DNA from: Acidimicrobiia bacterium
GTDB lineage: Bacteria; Actinomycetota; Acidimicrobiia; Spongiisociales; UBA4744
Direction: 5' to 3'
DNA: 64,000 bases
NCBI GenBank assembly: GCA_029863625.1
Contig: JAOTUY010000001.1
Location: 82,046 to 146,045 of the forward strand
The first letter of the stretch is position 1. The number at the start of each line of letters is the position of its first letter. This document shows positions 30,135 through 39,247 of this stretch, one piece after another. The notes beneath the pieces are model-generated. The model did not search any database. It had not been told where the DNA came from and saw only the letters and a program-made list of their open reading frames with translations. A program made the position numbers and the translations under genes.

Positions 30135-31007
30135 ATGGCCGACAAGATCAACGTCCCGCACGTACTATCGCGCAAGGGCGGTCCCAAGCTGACCATGGTG
30201 ACCGCTTACGACGCTCCTACCGCGCGGATCGCCGACGCCGCCGGGGTCGACATGATCCTGGTAGGAGACTCGGTTGCGAATGCGGTCCTCGGCTACGACG
30301 ACACGCTGGCTGTTGACATCGATGTGATGATCCATCACACGGCTGCCGTTGCTCGTACGGAACCGGATGCTCTGGTGGTGGGTGACATGCCGTGGATGAG
30401 CTACCACGTGTCGGTGGACGATGCCGTGCGAAATGCCGGTCGACTTGTTCGCGAAGGCGGAGCCGAAGCCGTGAAACTGGAAGGCGGCCGCAAGCGGATT
30501 CCGGTGGTAAAGGCAATCCTTTCGGCCGAGATCCCGGTGATGGGCCATCTTGGGCTCACACCCCAATCGGTGCATGCTATGGGTGGGTACCGGGTCCAGG
30601 GGAAAGCTGGCGAAGCAGCCAGGGAACTTCTCGAGGACGCCCATGAATTGGCTGAGGCGGGTGTTTTTGCCTTAGTACTTGAAGGCATCCCCGATGTGCT
30701 TGCCCAACTCATCACGAAAGAGGTCTCGGTGCCAACCATCGGTATCGGCGCCGGTGAGCACACCGACGGTCAGGTGCTGGTCTTCCACGACGTTCTGGGA
30801 CTGCACGACGGCCGGGTGCCGAAGTTCGTTCGCAAGTATGCGAATCTCTTCGACGACGCGGTGCTGGCACTGCGGGCCTATGTCGGCGACGTCCAAAGCG
30901 GTGCCTTCCCCGGTGATGAGGAGAGCTATCACATGACCGAAGAGGCGGCCAAGGAGCTATTCAAGGAGGAGCCACGCGACGACTTGTCCTGGCCCTTGTC
31001 CTGGTAA
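30135..31007 (+). CDS. panB: 3-methyl-2-oxobutanoate hydroxymethyltransferase
   Basis: LTMVTAYDAPTARIADAAGVDMILVGDS, VMGHLGLTPQS, VQSGAFPGDEESYH. Carries a roughly 24-aa C-terminal extension relative to typical PanB. Confidence 0.85.
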   Translation: MADKINVPHVLSRKGGPKLTMVTAYDAPTARIADAAGVDMILVGDSVANAVLGYDDTLAVDIDVMIHHTAAVARTEPDALVVGDMPWMSYHVSVDDAVRNAGRLVREGGAEAVKLEGGRKRIPVVKAILSAEIPVMGHLGLTPQSVHAMGGYRVQGKAGEAARELLEDAHELAEAGVFALVLEGIPDVLAQLITKEVSVPTIGIGAGEHTDGQVLVFHDVLGLHDGRVPKFVRKYANLFDDAVLALRAYVGDVQSGAFPGDEESYHMTEEAAKELFKEEPRDDLSWPLSW

Positions 31008-31057
31008 CGGCCGCTTGCACCGACGCGGCGGTTTCTCCTCCGACGACAGCACAGCCC

Positions 31058-31543
31058 GTGCCCGCTGCGTCGACGACCGCATCCACCGCGTCTTCGACCA
31101 CTGCGACGGCGATGACGACCACCGCAGCTCGCGTTGTCGAGGGTTTACCCGGGTTCGAAACGGTCGAGGTAATTCTGGAAGGCGAATCGCTGCTCGTCGC
31201 CCTCGCCGATACACGGGACCTGCGGACTCAGGGCCTCATGGGCGTAACCGATCTGGGAGGTCTCGATGGCATGGTGTTCGTGTTCCCCGACCCGTCGGTC
31301 CACACGTTCTGGATGAAGGACACGCTCATCCCGCTTGACCTCGCCTTCTTCGCGACCGACGGATCCTTGTTGGGCGTGCTGACGCTGGAACCCTGCCCAT
31401 CGGGCGCGTGCCCCTCATACGGCGTCGGCGAGCCCTCGCAATGGGCCATCGAGGTCCCGGCCGGCGGTTTCGCCGATCTTCCCTTGGATGCGACGCTCGA
31501 TGTCGGCCGGGACCCGTTTCTCGCCCTGTTCTCAGAGAGTTAG
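31058..31543 (+). CDS. DUF192-family protein; likely a lipoprotein whose true start lies upstream in a non-ATG codon
   Basis: DUF192 core ...LIPLDLAFF...WAIEVPAGG. In the same frame upstream, RRLVLALVLVTAAC forms a lipoprotein signal preceded by AAGGAGG and an ACG codon. Confidence 0.6.
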   Translation: MPAASTTASTASSTTATAMTTTAARVVEGLPGFETVEVILEGESLLVALADTRDLRTQGLMGVTDLGGLDGMVFVFPDPSVHTFWMKDTLIPLDLAFFATDGSLLGVLTLEPCPSGACPSYGVGEPSQWAIEVPAGGFADLPLDATLDVGRDPFLALFSES

Positions 31544-31547
31544 GCAA

Positions 31548-31645
31548 TAGCTTCCAGCTTCGAGCCTTCCCAGCTTCCGGCAGCTGGATGGCTTCGCTCC
31601 CAGCATCCCGCCAGAACAGTGGTTCGCTGGTTGCTGGTCGCTGCT
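31548..31645. repeat. Copy B of the roughly 100-bp intergenic repeat
   Basis: Same ordered blocks as 12643..12745. Lies between the DUF192 gene and rpsF. Confidence 0.6.
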
Positions 31646-31799
31646 CCGCGAAAACTCCCTTGCTACTGGGGTTCCGCTACCTGCCTATCGTTGGTTACAC
31701 TTCCAACGCTTCCCCGGGTAACCAATGCTTACCCGAGCCTGCTCCGCCAGACGGCGGGGCCTTCCGCATCGAGCGGTTGTCCATAGGAGGAGGTTGCCT

Positions 31800-32090
31800 T
31801 TGCGCAACTATGAGCTGATGACCATCCATCGGCCTGAATTGGCCGATGACGACTACCGAACGCTGGTGCGCGAGACGGAGGAGTTCCTCCGGAGCCGTGG
31901 TTCCTCCGTTCTTGATACCGACCTCTGGGGCAAACGCCGCTTTGCCTATGAGATCAAACATCTCAACGAGGGCTACTACTCAGTACTCAAGTTCTCGGCC
32001 GAACCAGACGTGGTCGATGACCTGGACCGGGTGCTATCGCTGGCCGATCTGGTGATTCGACACAAGATCTTTCACCTCGACAAGACATGA
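31800..32090 (+). CDS. rpsF: 30S ribosomal protein S6
   Basis: LRNYELMTIHRPE aligns with E. coli MRHYEIVFMVHPD. TTG start with AGGAGG 9 nt upstream. Confidence 0.85.
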   Translation: MRNYELMTIHRPELADDDYRTLVRETEEFLRSRGSSVLDTDLWGKRRFAYEIKHLNEGYYSVLKFSAEPDVVDDLDRVLSLADLVIRHKIFHLDKT

Positions 32091-32157
32091 CCGATCGGCA
32101 GGTGTCACACCCCTCTGGCACAGTGAGGGTGAGCCTGCCTCGTAAGGAGAGAGAAGA

Positions 32158-32607
32158 ATGGCGACGAACAGTGTGACCGTGATCGGCAATCTTGTTGAGG
32201 ATCCCGAACTTCGTTTCACCCCGTCCGGTGTGGCCTTGGCGAAAATCCGGGTGGCTGTGAACCGCAGATGGCGTGACCAAGCAGGTGAGTGGCAGGAAGA
32301 GACCGGTTTCTTTGGTGGCACCCTGTGGCGAGAGGCGGCGGAGAATGCTGCCGAGTCGCTGACCAAGGGTGCCCGCGTGATCATCACCGGCAGCCTGGAG
32401 CAGCGCCAATGGGAGACTCAGGAGGGCGACAAGCGATCAGTCGTTGAGATCCGTATCGACGAGCTTGGCCCGTCGCTTCGCTGGGCTACGGCCTCGATCA
32501 CGAAGACGGCCCGGTCGGGCGGCGAAGACTGGGGTAGCGGAAAGCAGAGCGTTCCGGCCGCGCCCGTGGCCCGGGAAGATTACGGGCCAGATGAGGCACC
32601 GTTTTAG
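32158..32607 (+). CDS. ssb: Single-stranded DNA-binding protein
   Basis: OB fold [21 protein letters not shown], Gly-rich tail, acidic C-terminus DEAPF. Confidence 0.9.
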   Translation: MATNSVTVIGNLVEDPELRFTPSGVALAKIRVAVNRRWRDQAGEWQEETGFFGGTLWREAAENAAESLTKGARVIITGSLEQRQWETQEGDKRSVVEIRIDELGPSLRWATASITKTARSGGEDWGSGKQSVPAAPVAREDYGPDEAPF

Positions 32608-32627
32608 GTAGGAGGAAAGACACAGAA

Positions 32628-32891
32628 ATGGCTGCAAAAGCACCTCGGCGTCGCCGAGAGAACCCCAAGAACGTCAAGAAATTCAAGAAGAAGGTCTGTT
32701 ACTTCTGCCGGGAGAAGATTGACCATATCGATTACAAGGACGCTGCCGTGCTCCGCAAATACATGTCCGACCGGGCCAAAATCCGGGCGCGACGGGTGAC
32801 CGGCAACTGCACGCAGCATCAGCGCCAGGTGGCGATTGCGATCCGCAATGCCCGCGAAATGGCGTTGCTCCCATATGTAGGGCAAGGATGA
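32628..32891 (+). CDS. rpsR: 30S ribosomal protein S18
   Basis: [18 protein letters not shown]...RITGNC... is the classic S18 pattern. Confidence 0.9.
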   Translation: MAAKAPRRRRENPKNVKKFKKKVCYFCREKIDHIDYKDAAVLRKYMSDRAKIRARRVTGNCTQHQRQVAIAIRNAREMALLPYVGQG

Positions 32892-33334
32892 AGCTCATAC
32901 TCACCGAAGACGTCTCGGGGTTGGGCGGCAAGGGCGAGGTCGTAGAGGTTGCCGATGGCTACGGTCGCAACTTCCTCCTTCCCAAGCGCTTGGCGATGAG
33001 GGCAACCGCGGGAGCCCTACGAGATGCCGAGGGCATCAGGACGGCGCACGAAGAAACTCTCCGAAAAGTCCTCGAAGAGGCCGAGGCAACCGCCGGGATC
33101 CTGGTCGGGACCCGAGTGGTTCTGGCTGCCCAGGCGGGAGATGAGGGCAAGCTCTTCGGGTCGATCTCCACCACCGACGTGGTCGACGGTGTTCTGAAGT
33201 TCACTGGTGTGCAGCTCGATCGCTCCACGGTCCAGATGGCCGCTCCGATCAAGAGTATCGGCTTGCATGAGGTGATGGTCAAACTGCACCCGGAGGTTCA
33301 GTTTTCTCTGACCATCGATGTGATTCCTGCGTGA
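32888..33334 (+). CDS. rplI: 50S ribosomal protein L9
   Basis: [36 protein letters not shown]. Confidence 0.9.
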   Translation: MKLILTEDVSGLGGKGEVVEVADGYGRNFLLPKRLAMRATAGALRDAEGIRTAHEETLRKVLEEAEATAGILVGTRVVLAAQAGDEGKLFGSISTTDVVDGVLKFTGVQLDRSTVQMAAPIKSIGLHEVMVKLHPEVQFSLTIDVIPA

Positions 33335-33341
33335 GGCAACC

Positions 33342-34712
33342 ATGACCGATCTCGACCGGATCTCCGCTCCCACCAGGAGCACATCCGGTCGGGGCCGTAT
33401 TCCCCCTCACAACATCGACGCCGAGGAATCGGTGCTGGGCGCCATCATGCTTTCGGCGGATGCCGCCAATCTGGTGATGGACAAGCTCGAAGCCGATGAC
33501 TTCTACGTTCCGGCGCATCAGGCTATTTTCGATTCGATTGTCCAGTTGTACAACGCCAACCAGCCGATCGATCCGCTGACCGTCTCGGACGCGCTGCACC
33601 GCAAAGGCGAGTTAGACCGAATCGGCGGCGCCGGATATCTCACCGACTTGATGGAGGGCGTGCCCACAGCCTCCAATATCGAGTATTACGCCGAGATTGT
33701 TGAGGAACATGGTCTACGGCGCCGCTTGATCAGCGCCGGTGGCCTGATCGGCGATCTGGCGGTCATGACCGATCTCGAAATCTCGGCAGTCCTCGACCGG
33801 GCCGAGCAAACGGTGTTCGGAGTCGGTGAGCGGAGGATCGGCGAAGGCCTGATCGCGATGAGCCCGCTGCTCCACAGCACCCTCGAAGTGATCGAAGAGA
33901 TGGAAGCCCGCGGCACTGAGTTGACCGGGCTGGCCACCGGTTTTCGGGACCTGGATCGCAAATTGGCAGGACTGCAGGCTGCCAACCTGGTAATCGTTGC
34001 GGCAAGGCCGTCGATGGGTAAGTCGGCCCTTGCCTCGAACATTGCCACCAACGTGGCCATGGACGGTGGGACCGTGGCCATGTTCAGCCTCGAGATGAGT
34101 CGCGAAGAGATCGTGCAGCGGCTTTTGTGTTCTGTGGGCAGGGTCGATTCGATGAAACTCCGTACCGGTCAGCTCGGCCCTCAGCTTTGGCAGAAGGTTG
34201 TGCACGCCGCTTCGCGCATGTACAAAGCGCCGATCTTCATCGACGATTCCGGGCAGCTCACGGTTACCGACATCCGGGCAAAATGTCGCCGGCTCAAGCG
34301 TCAACACGGGTTGGACCTCGTGATCATCGACTATCTCCAGCTGATGACCGGGTCGAACCGCGAGAATCGCCAGCAGGAGATTGCCGAGATAAGCCGGTCA
34401 CTCAAGAACCTCGCCCGGGAACTCGATATCCCGATTTTGGCGGTGTCGCAGTTGAATCGAGGCTTGGAAGCCCGAGAGGACAAGCGTCCCAGGCTGGGTG
34501 ACCTTCGAGAGAGCGGCGCCATTGAGCAGGACTCTGACGTCGTGATGTTCATCTATCGCCACGAGTACTACCACCCGGAAGCCCAGGACACGAAGGGTCT
34601 CGCCGAGGTGATTATCGCCAAACACCGGGCAGGATCCACCGGCCGGGTCGACATGACTTTCCTTCCTGAATTCACTCTTTTCGCCGACCTGGGTCGCGAC
34701 GTCTCCGTCTGA
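33342..34712 (+). CDS. dnaB: Replicative DNA helicase DnaB (no intein)
   Basis: PHNIDAEESVLGAIMLS, Walker A ARPSMGKSALA, SQLNRGLEAREDKRP. 456 aa. Confidence 0.9.
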   Translation: MTDLDRISAPTRSTSGRGRIPPHNIDAEESVLGAIMLSADAANLVMDKLEADDFYVPAHQAIFDSIVQLYNANQPIDPLTVSDALHRKGELDRIGGAGYLTDLMEGVPTASNIEYYAEIVEEHGLRRRLISAGGLIGDLAVMTDLEISAVLDRAEQTVFGVGERRIGEGLIAMSPLLHSTLEVIEEMEARGTELTGLATGFRDLDRKLAGLQAANLVIVAARPSMGKSALASNIATNVAMDGGTVAMFSLEMSREEIVQRLLCSVGRVDSMKLRTGQLGPQLWQKVVHAASRMYKAPIFIDDSGQLTVTDIRAKCRRLKRQHGLDLVIIDYLQLMTGSNRENRQQEIAEISRSLKNLARELDIPILAVSQLNRGLEAREDKRPRLGDLRESGAIEQDSDVVMFIYRHEYYHPEAQDTKGLAEVIIAKHRAGSTGRVDMTFLPEFTLFADLGRDVSV

Positions 34713-34735
34713 AACGACCGGCGCCCCATCGACCG

Positions 34736-35080
34736 ATGAGTTCCTCGGTGGCGTGTTCGATTCCAGAGGAAAACGGGCTTCTCTTCCGGGTGGACGATCT
34801 CAACGTGGCCTTGGCCGCTTGTATCGTCGGGTTCGCCGATCAAGCCGTTCTGCCGGATTACCTATTTTGGGCGATGGCCGGGGATTGGTTGGCTAGGTTC
34901 AATCTCATGACTAACCAATCCCGGGTCCTGTGGATCGTCGGCATCATCGTGGCTCTGGTCGTACTCGGCCAGCTACTCGCGCTCCTCAAATGGGCGATCG
35001 GTTTCGTGATCCTGGTGGTCGTGATCGGTCTCGTGGTTCGTGCGATGGGATCAGATACCGACCGGGGACCTCATCCCTGA
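34736..35080 (+). CDS. Small hypothetical membrane protein
   Basis: 114 aa, 3 hydrophobic helices. Confidence 0.4.
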   Translation: MSSSVACSIPEENGLLFRVDDLNVALAACIVGFADQAVLPDYLFWAMAGDWLARFNLMTNQSRVLWIVGIIVALVVLGQLLALLKWAIGFVILVVVIGLVVRAMGSDTDRGPHP

Positions 35081-35290
35081 CGGGAGTTGCCGCGGCGCAG
35101 GCCCGAAGGGCCTGAGGGCGGTGCCCGTAGGAGCGCTCGCCGGCCGGGTAACCGCTCACCGCGTTGGCGGCGGCTCGGCGACGAGCGCTCCTCGTATTCC
35201 GCAGCCCTCGGCACCCGGCCGCCGAGTATGCAAGGCTTGGATAAGCCAGAGGATGGCGTGGCGTACCGGCGACATCGATAGGAGCAATGA

Positions 35291-36631
35291 GTGGCACAGC
35301 GCAATGTGATCATCATCGGAGCAGCCGGGCGAGACTTCCACAACTTCAACACCCGCTACCGCGATGACGATTCGTCGAAGGTCGTTGCCTTTACCGCCAC
35401 TCAGATTCCCGACATCGAGGGCCGCCGCTACCCACCGGAACTGGCCGGTCCCCTTTACCCCGACGGAATCCCCGTCTACCCCCAGGAAGACCTCACTCGC
35501 CTCATCGGAGAACTCAGTGTCGATGAGTGTGTGTTCTCGTACAGCGACGTGTCCTACCAGCATGTGATGGGTGTTGGTGCCATCGTCCAAGCGGCGGGAG
35601 CATCTTTCACGATGCCGGGACCCGCCGATACTCAACTTCCCAGCACAAAACCGGTTGTCTCAGTGTGCGCCGTCCGCACCGGGTCGGGAAAGAGCCAAAC
35701 CTCCCGGCGAGTGATCGAGATCCTGATGGCCCGGGGTCTCAAGGTGGTGGCCGTCCGTCACCCGATGCCGTATGGGAACCTCGTTGCCCAAACCGTGCAA
35801 CGGTTCGCCGAACTGGCCGATCTCGAGAAGCACGACTGCACCATCGAAGAGATGGAGGAGTACGAACCGCACATCGTGCGAGGCAACGTGATCTATTCAG
35901 GCGTTGACTATGAGGCAATCCTGCGGGCGGCCGAAAACGACCCAGACGGTTGTGATGTCGTCGTCTGGGACGGCGGCAACAACGACTTCTCTTTCTTCAA
36001 ACCCGATCTGCGGATCACCGTGGCCGACCCCCATCGGGCCGGCCATGAGCTCCGGTACTACCCAGGCGAAATCAACGTTCGGATGGCCGATGTGGTGGTG
36101 ATCAACAAGGTCGACAGTGCCGATCCCGAAGGGGTCAAGACGGTCCGGGAAAACACAATGGCGATCAACCCCCGAGCGGTCATCGTGGAGGCGGCGTCAA
36201 CTGTACGAATCGACGACCCCGACATCGTGCGAGGCAAGCGTGCACTCGTGATCGAAGACGGTCCCACCCTCACCCACGGTGGGATGAAGATCGGGGCCGG
36301 GGTGGTGGCCGCCAGGCGGGCAGGGGCAACCGAACTGGTCGATCCACGCCCCTACCTGGTCGGACGCCTGCGAGAGACCTTCGAGACTTACCCCGACATC
36401 GGCACGATCCTGCCGGCCATGGGCTACGGCGAAGAGCAACTGCGCGATCTCGAGGCGACCATCAACGCAACGGATTGCGATGTAGTAGTGATCGGCACCC
36501 CCATCGACCTCAATCGGATCGTCACCATCGACAAGCCGAACACCCGGGTCTTTTACGACCTGGAGGAGCTGACGAAACCCAACCTCACCGACCTGCTGGC
36601 GAGTTTCGTGGAGGAACACGGTCTGACGTAG
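35291..36631 (+). CDS. P-loop NTPase with an N-terminal Rossmann-like domain; resembles the cyclic 2,3-diphosphoglycerate synthetase (COG2403) family
   Basis: N-terminal VIIIGAAGRDFHNFN. Walker A CAVRTGSGKSQTS. Roughly 446 aa, the same size and architecture as archaeal cDPG synthetase. The family assignment is from memory of the motif, not a search. Confidence 0.5.
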   Translation: MAQRNVIIIGAAGRDFHNFNTRYRDDDSSKVVAFTATQIPDIEGRRYPPELAGPLYPDGIPVYPQEDLTRLIGELSVDECVFSYSDVSYQHVMGVGAIVQAAGASFTMPGPADTQLPSTKPVVSVCAVRTGSGKSQTSRRVIEILMARGLKVVAVRHPMPYGNLVAQTVQRFAELADLEKHDCTIEEMEEYEPHIVRGNVIYSGVDYEAILRAAENDPDGCDVVVWDGGNNDFSFFKPDLRITVADPHRAGHELRYYPGEINVRMADVVVINKVDSADPEGVKTVRENTMAINPRAVIVEAASTVRIDDPDIVRGKRALVIEDGPTLTHGGMKIGAGVVAARRAGATELVDPRPYLVGRLRETFETYPDIGTILPAMGYGEEQLRDLEATINATDCDVVVIGTPIDLNRIVTIDKPNTRVFYDLEELTKPNLTDLLASFVEEHGLT

Positions 36632-36688
36632 TCCCCGTTTTGGCGCCGATGTTGCTCGCTATGTCGGGAAACTAGGCGCCAAAACCCT

Positions 36689-36717
36689 CTGAAAAGGCGA
36701 GACCCCCTCCGCCGACG
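36689..36717 (+). terminator. GC-rich hairpin GAGACCCCCTC-cgccgac-GAGGGGGTCTC
   Basis: Perfect 11-bp stem 58 nt after the cDPGS-like stop. Confidence 0.5.
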
Positions 36718-36992
36718 AGGGGGTCTCTCGTTCTCGTCCGGTCCTCTCGGGAAGAGTCGGAGGAAGGGGGAACTCCGTATTGCTCGGCGTGCATGAGACC
36801 GGGCGAGAACTTGTACTTCTCCTATCGGGTTCTGCGTCTCTTTTCTTGAGTCGAATTCTCAAGGGAACTTCCCGCTGGGCCGCAACGTCTCGCTGCCAGG
36901 AGTCGATCACTTCCGCGCCGATCCCCGGGTCCAGAAGCTCGGGGATCGTGCGCGCCAGATATCCTCGTTCCGTGCAGTCCCGTTCGAACGCT

Positions 36993-37841
36993 ATGGTCTC
37001 TCTACTTGTCCTCACTGCCGCGTGGGGGACGATCCCCCTGATCGTGCGGTCCGTGGACCTATCCACGCAACAACTGGTGGCTATGCGCTTGTTGCTGGGG
37101 GCGCTGCCCTTGCTGGCGGTTCTCCTGAGTCGCGGTGTACCGCGTTTGGGTGGTTCCCAATGGTTGAAAGTGATCGGTCTGGGGGGGCTGCTGGCCTTTC
37201 ACTGGGTTGCCTTTTTCCGGTCACTCAGTACGACCACTGTGGCGATTGCGCTGGTTTTGGTCTACCTTGCTCCGGTGGCTATGGCCACCCTGGCGCCGAT
37301 GGTCCTAGGAGAACCGCTCCGGACCCGAGCAGCTGGTGCGCTGGCGGTTGCCCTCGCCGGAGTAGTGCTGGTGGCCAGACCGGGTGAGGGGGCCACCACT
37401 GAAGGCGTGATCTTCGGCTTGCTGGCGGCGGCCTCATTCACCGGTCTGGTGCTGGCCGGCAAACCGATTGCCCAGCAAATCGGCCCCCTCCGGCTTGCAG
37501 CCCTGGAGACCTCGGTGGCGGCTGTGCTCACGATTCCCTGGGCTGTGACCGCCTTTCCGGAGGCGATTGACTCCTGGTGGCAGCTCGCCATTCTTGGCGT
37601 CTTGCTGACCGGGCTGGCAGGTTACGTGTACTGGAGGAGCGTCGCAGCGCTTCCGGTCGCGACGGTTGCGGTGCTCAGCTACATGGAGCCTGCCTCGGCA
37701 GTTGTGTGGGCTGCCTTTTTCCTGGGCGAAACCGGCGATCTGACCACCTGGTCGGGGGTCGTCCTGGTCCTGGCTGCCGGCGCGGCAGCCGGATTGGAGG
37801 GCCGTGAGGCTTTGTCGGCGGAGCAACCGATTTCCGGCTGA
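36993..37841 (+). CDS. EamA/DMT-superfamily transporter
   Basis: 10 TM in two repeated halves. MVSLLVLTAAWGTIPLIV. The track start at 36780 is an extension. Confidence 0.7.
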   Translation: MVSLLVLTAAWGTIPLIVRSVDLSTQQLVAMRLLLGALPLLAVLLSRGVPRLGGSQWLKVIGLGGLLAFHWVAFFRSLSTTTVAIALVLVYLAPVAMATLAPMVLGEPLRTRAAGALAVALAGVVLVARPGEGATTEGVIFGLLAAASFTGLVLAGKPIAQQIGPLRLAALETSVAAVLTIPWAVTAFPEAIDSWWQLAILGVLLTGLAGYVYWRSVAALPVATVAVLSYMEPASAVVWAAFFLGETGDLTTWSGVVLVLAAGAAAGLEGREALSAEQPISG

Positions 37842-38435
37842 GGCTCGCGGTCTCGATGCCGAAGCATGGCGCAGTGGCGGTCAAGCGAGGTGCACCGGGG
37901 AAACCTCTTGTTAGGGCCGCCCTTGCCTCCATCGTGGGCGTCATCAGCGGCCGGGAGACAACCGCCAACGTGAAAGCCAGGTTCAAGGGGTACCGCGGCG
38001 AGTCTCTGGTCGCCAATGCGCTCCGCGGTCTTCCCGGTGCGTGGCGGTTTTTCCTGATGTCGCACTCAGTGCTGAGAGCGTGGAATTTGTAGTGACCGGC
38101 CCGGGCGCCGTTTTCAACGTCGAGGTAACGCAGACGCAGGAACGGTGGCGGCGAACTCACCTGGCTTGCACATTCACGGGCGGCGCAACAATGGGCCGGT
38201 GACACAAGCCATGCGGTAGGCGCGCAATTTAGAGGAGCGACTCGGGGTTGAGGTACGGCCTGTGCGGGCCATAGTGGGGGCCGACCTCACGGGTGAAGAA
38301 GTCGATGGACTCCCGGTGGTCCGACTTGAAGAGCTGACCGAATTCCTCCTTTCCGACAATGGGCGGCCCTTTCCATGGGAGGTAGCGAAGCGTGTGTTGG
38401 GCACCCTCGAGGCCGTGATGCGCTAGAAGTAAGGC

Positions 38436-39236
38436 ATGAGCACCTGGAACGAAGTTGGGGAGCGAGTGTATGTCCACCGCTATGCATGGCTGGCTCTGAC
38501 GATCGGTGCAGTCGTCGGTGATGACGGTGTCTTGATCATCGACACGGGTGACTCGCACCGCCAGGCCCGCGAGCTGATCGACGACCTCGCCACACTGACC
38601 GACCTGCCCGTCCGCTGGGTCGTCAATACCCACTATCACTGGGACCATTGCTGGGGTAACGCTTTGTTCCGTACGGCGGAACTGTGGGGCCATGAGAACA
38701 CCCGGCTGGAGCTACTCGAACACGGGGAGGACGCCCGTCGCCGGGTCATCGGATTGCTCCCGGTCGAGCACCATGACGCCATTCGTGCGGTCGAGATCGT
38801 CCCCCCGGAGCACACGTTTTCGGATCGCGTTTCGATCGACATCGGGCGGGCCGTCGACCTCAGGTATCACGGACCGGGGCATACCAACAGTGACATCTCC
38901 GTGGCTGTGGATGAGGTGTTGTTCGCCGGCGACCTCGTCGAGGAAGCAGGTCCGCCGGCCTTCGGGGACGCGTATCCGCTTGACTGGCCGGCCGCTTTGG
39001 ACGGGCTGCTCGGCTACGTGCACGGTCCCGTTGTTCCCGGCCACGGCCGGCCGGTCGACCGGGCCTTCGTCGAGCATCAGCGAGCCGATATTGCCGTCAC
39101 GGTAGAACTGGCCCGAGCCGGCTTCGAGGGCCATGTACCGATGAGCGAAGTCGATGTCGAGGATGCACCATTCTCCGTTGAGGTGAGCCGTTCGGTTGTG
39201 GAGCGGACCTACGCCCAGCTGACCGGGGACCTCTGA
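38436..39236 (+). CDS. MBL-fold metallo-hydrolase
   Basis: THYHWDHCWGN (HxHxDH) and later HGPGHTNSD, GHG. Confidence 0.75.
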   Translation: MSTWNEVGERVYVHRYAWLALTIGAVVGDDGVLIIDTGDSHRQARELIDDLATLTDLPVRWVVNTHYHWDHCWGNALFRTAELWGHENTRLELLEHGEDARRRVIGLLPVEHHDAIRAVEIVPPEHTFSDRVSIDIGRAVDLRYHGPGHTNSDISVAVDEVLFAGDLVEEAGPPAFGDAYPLDWPAALDGLLGYVHGPVVPGHGRPVDRAFVEHQRADIAVTVELARAGFEGHVPMSEVDVEDAPFSVEVSRSVVERTYAQLTGDL

Positions 39237-39247
39237 GAGCACGCACC

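Noticed and set aside
36659-37066. 135-aa minus ORF in the cDPGS-DMT gap
   Set aside because: Overlaps the terminator hairpin and the DMT start. No start context or motif.
38229-38693. 154-aa minus ORF
   Set aside because: Largely antisense to the MBL-fold gene 38436..39236, which has the HxHxDH motif. Only the last roughly 65 codons are outside it and lack a start.
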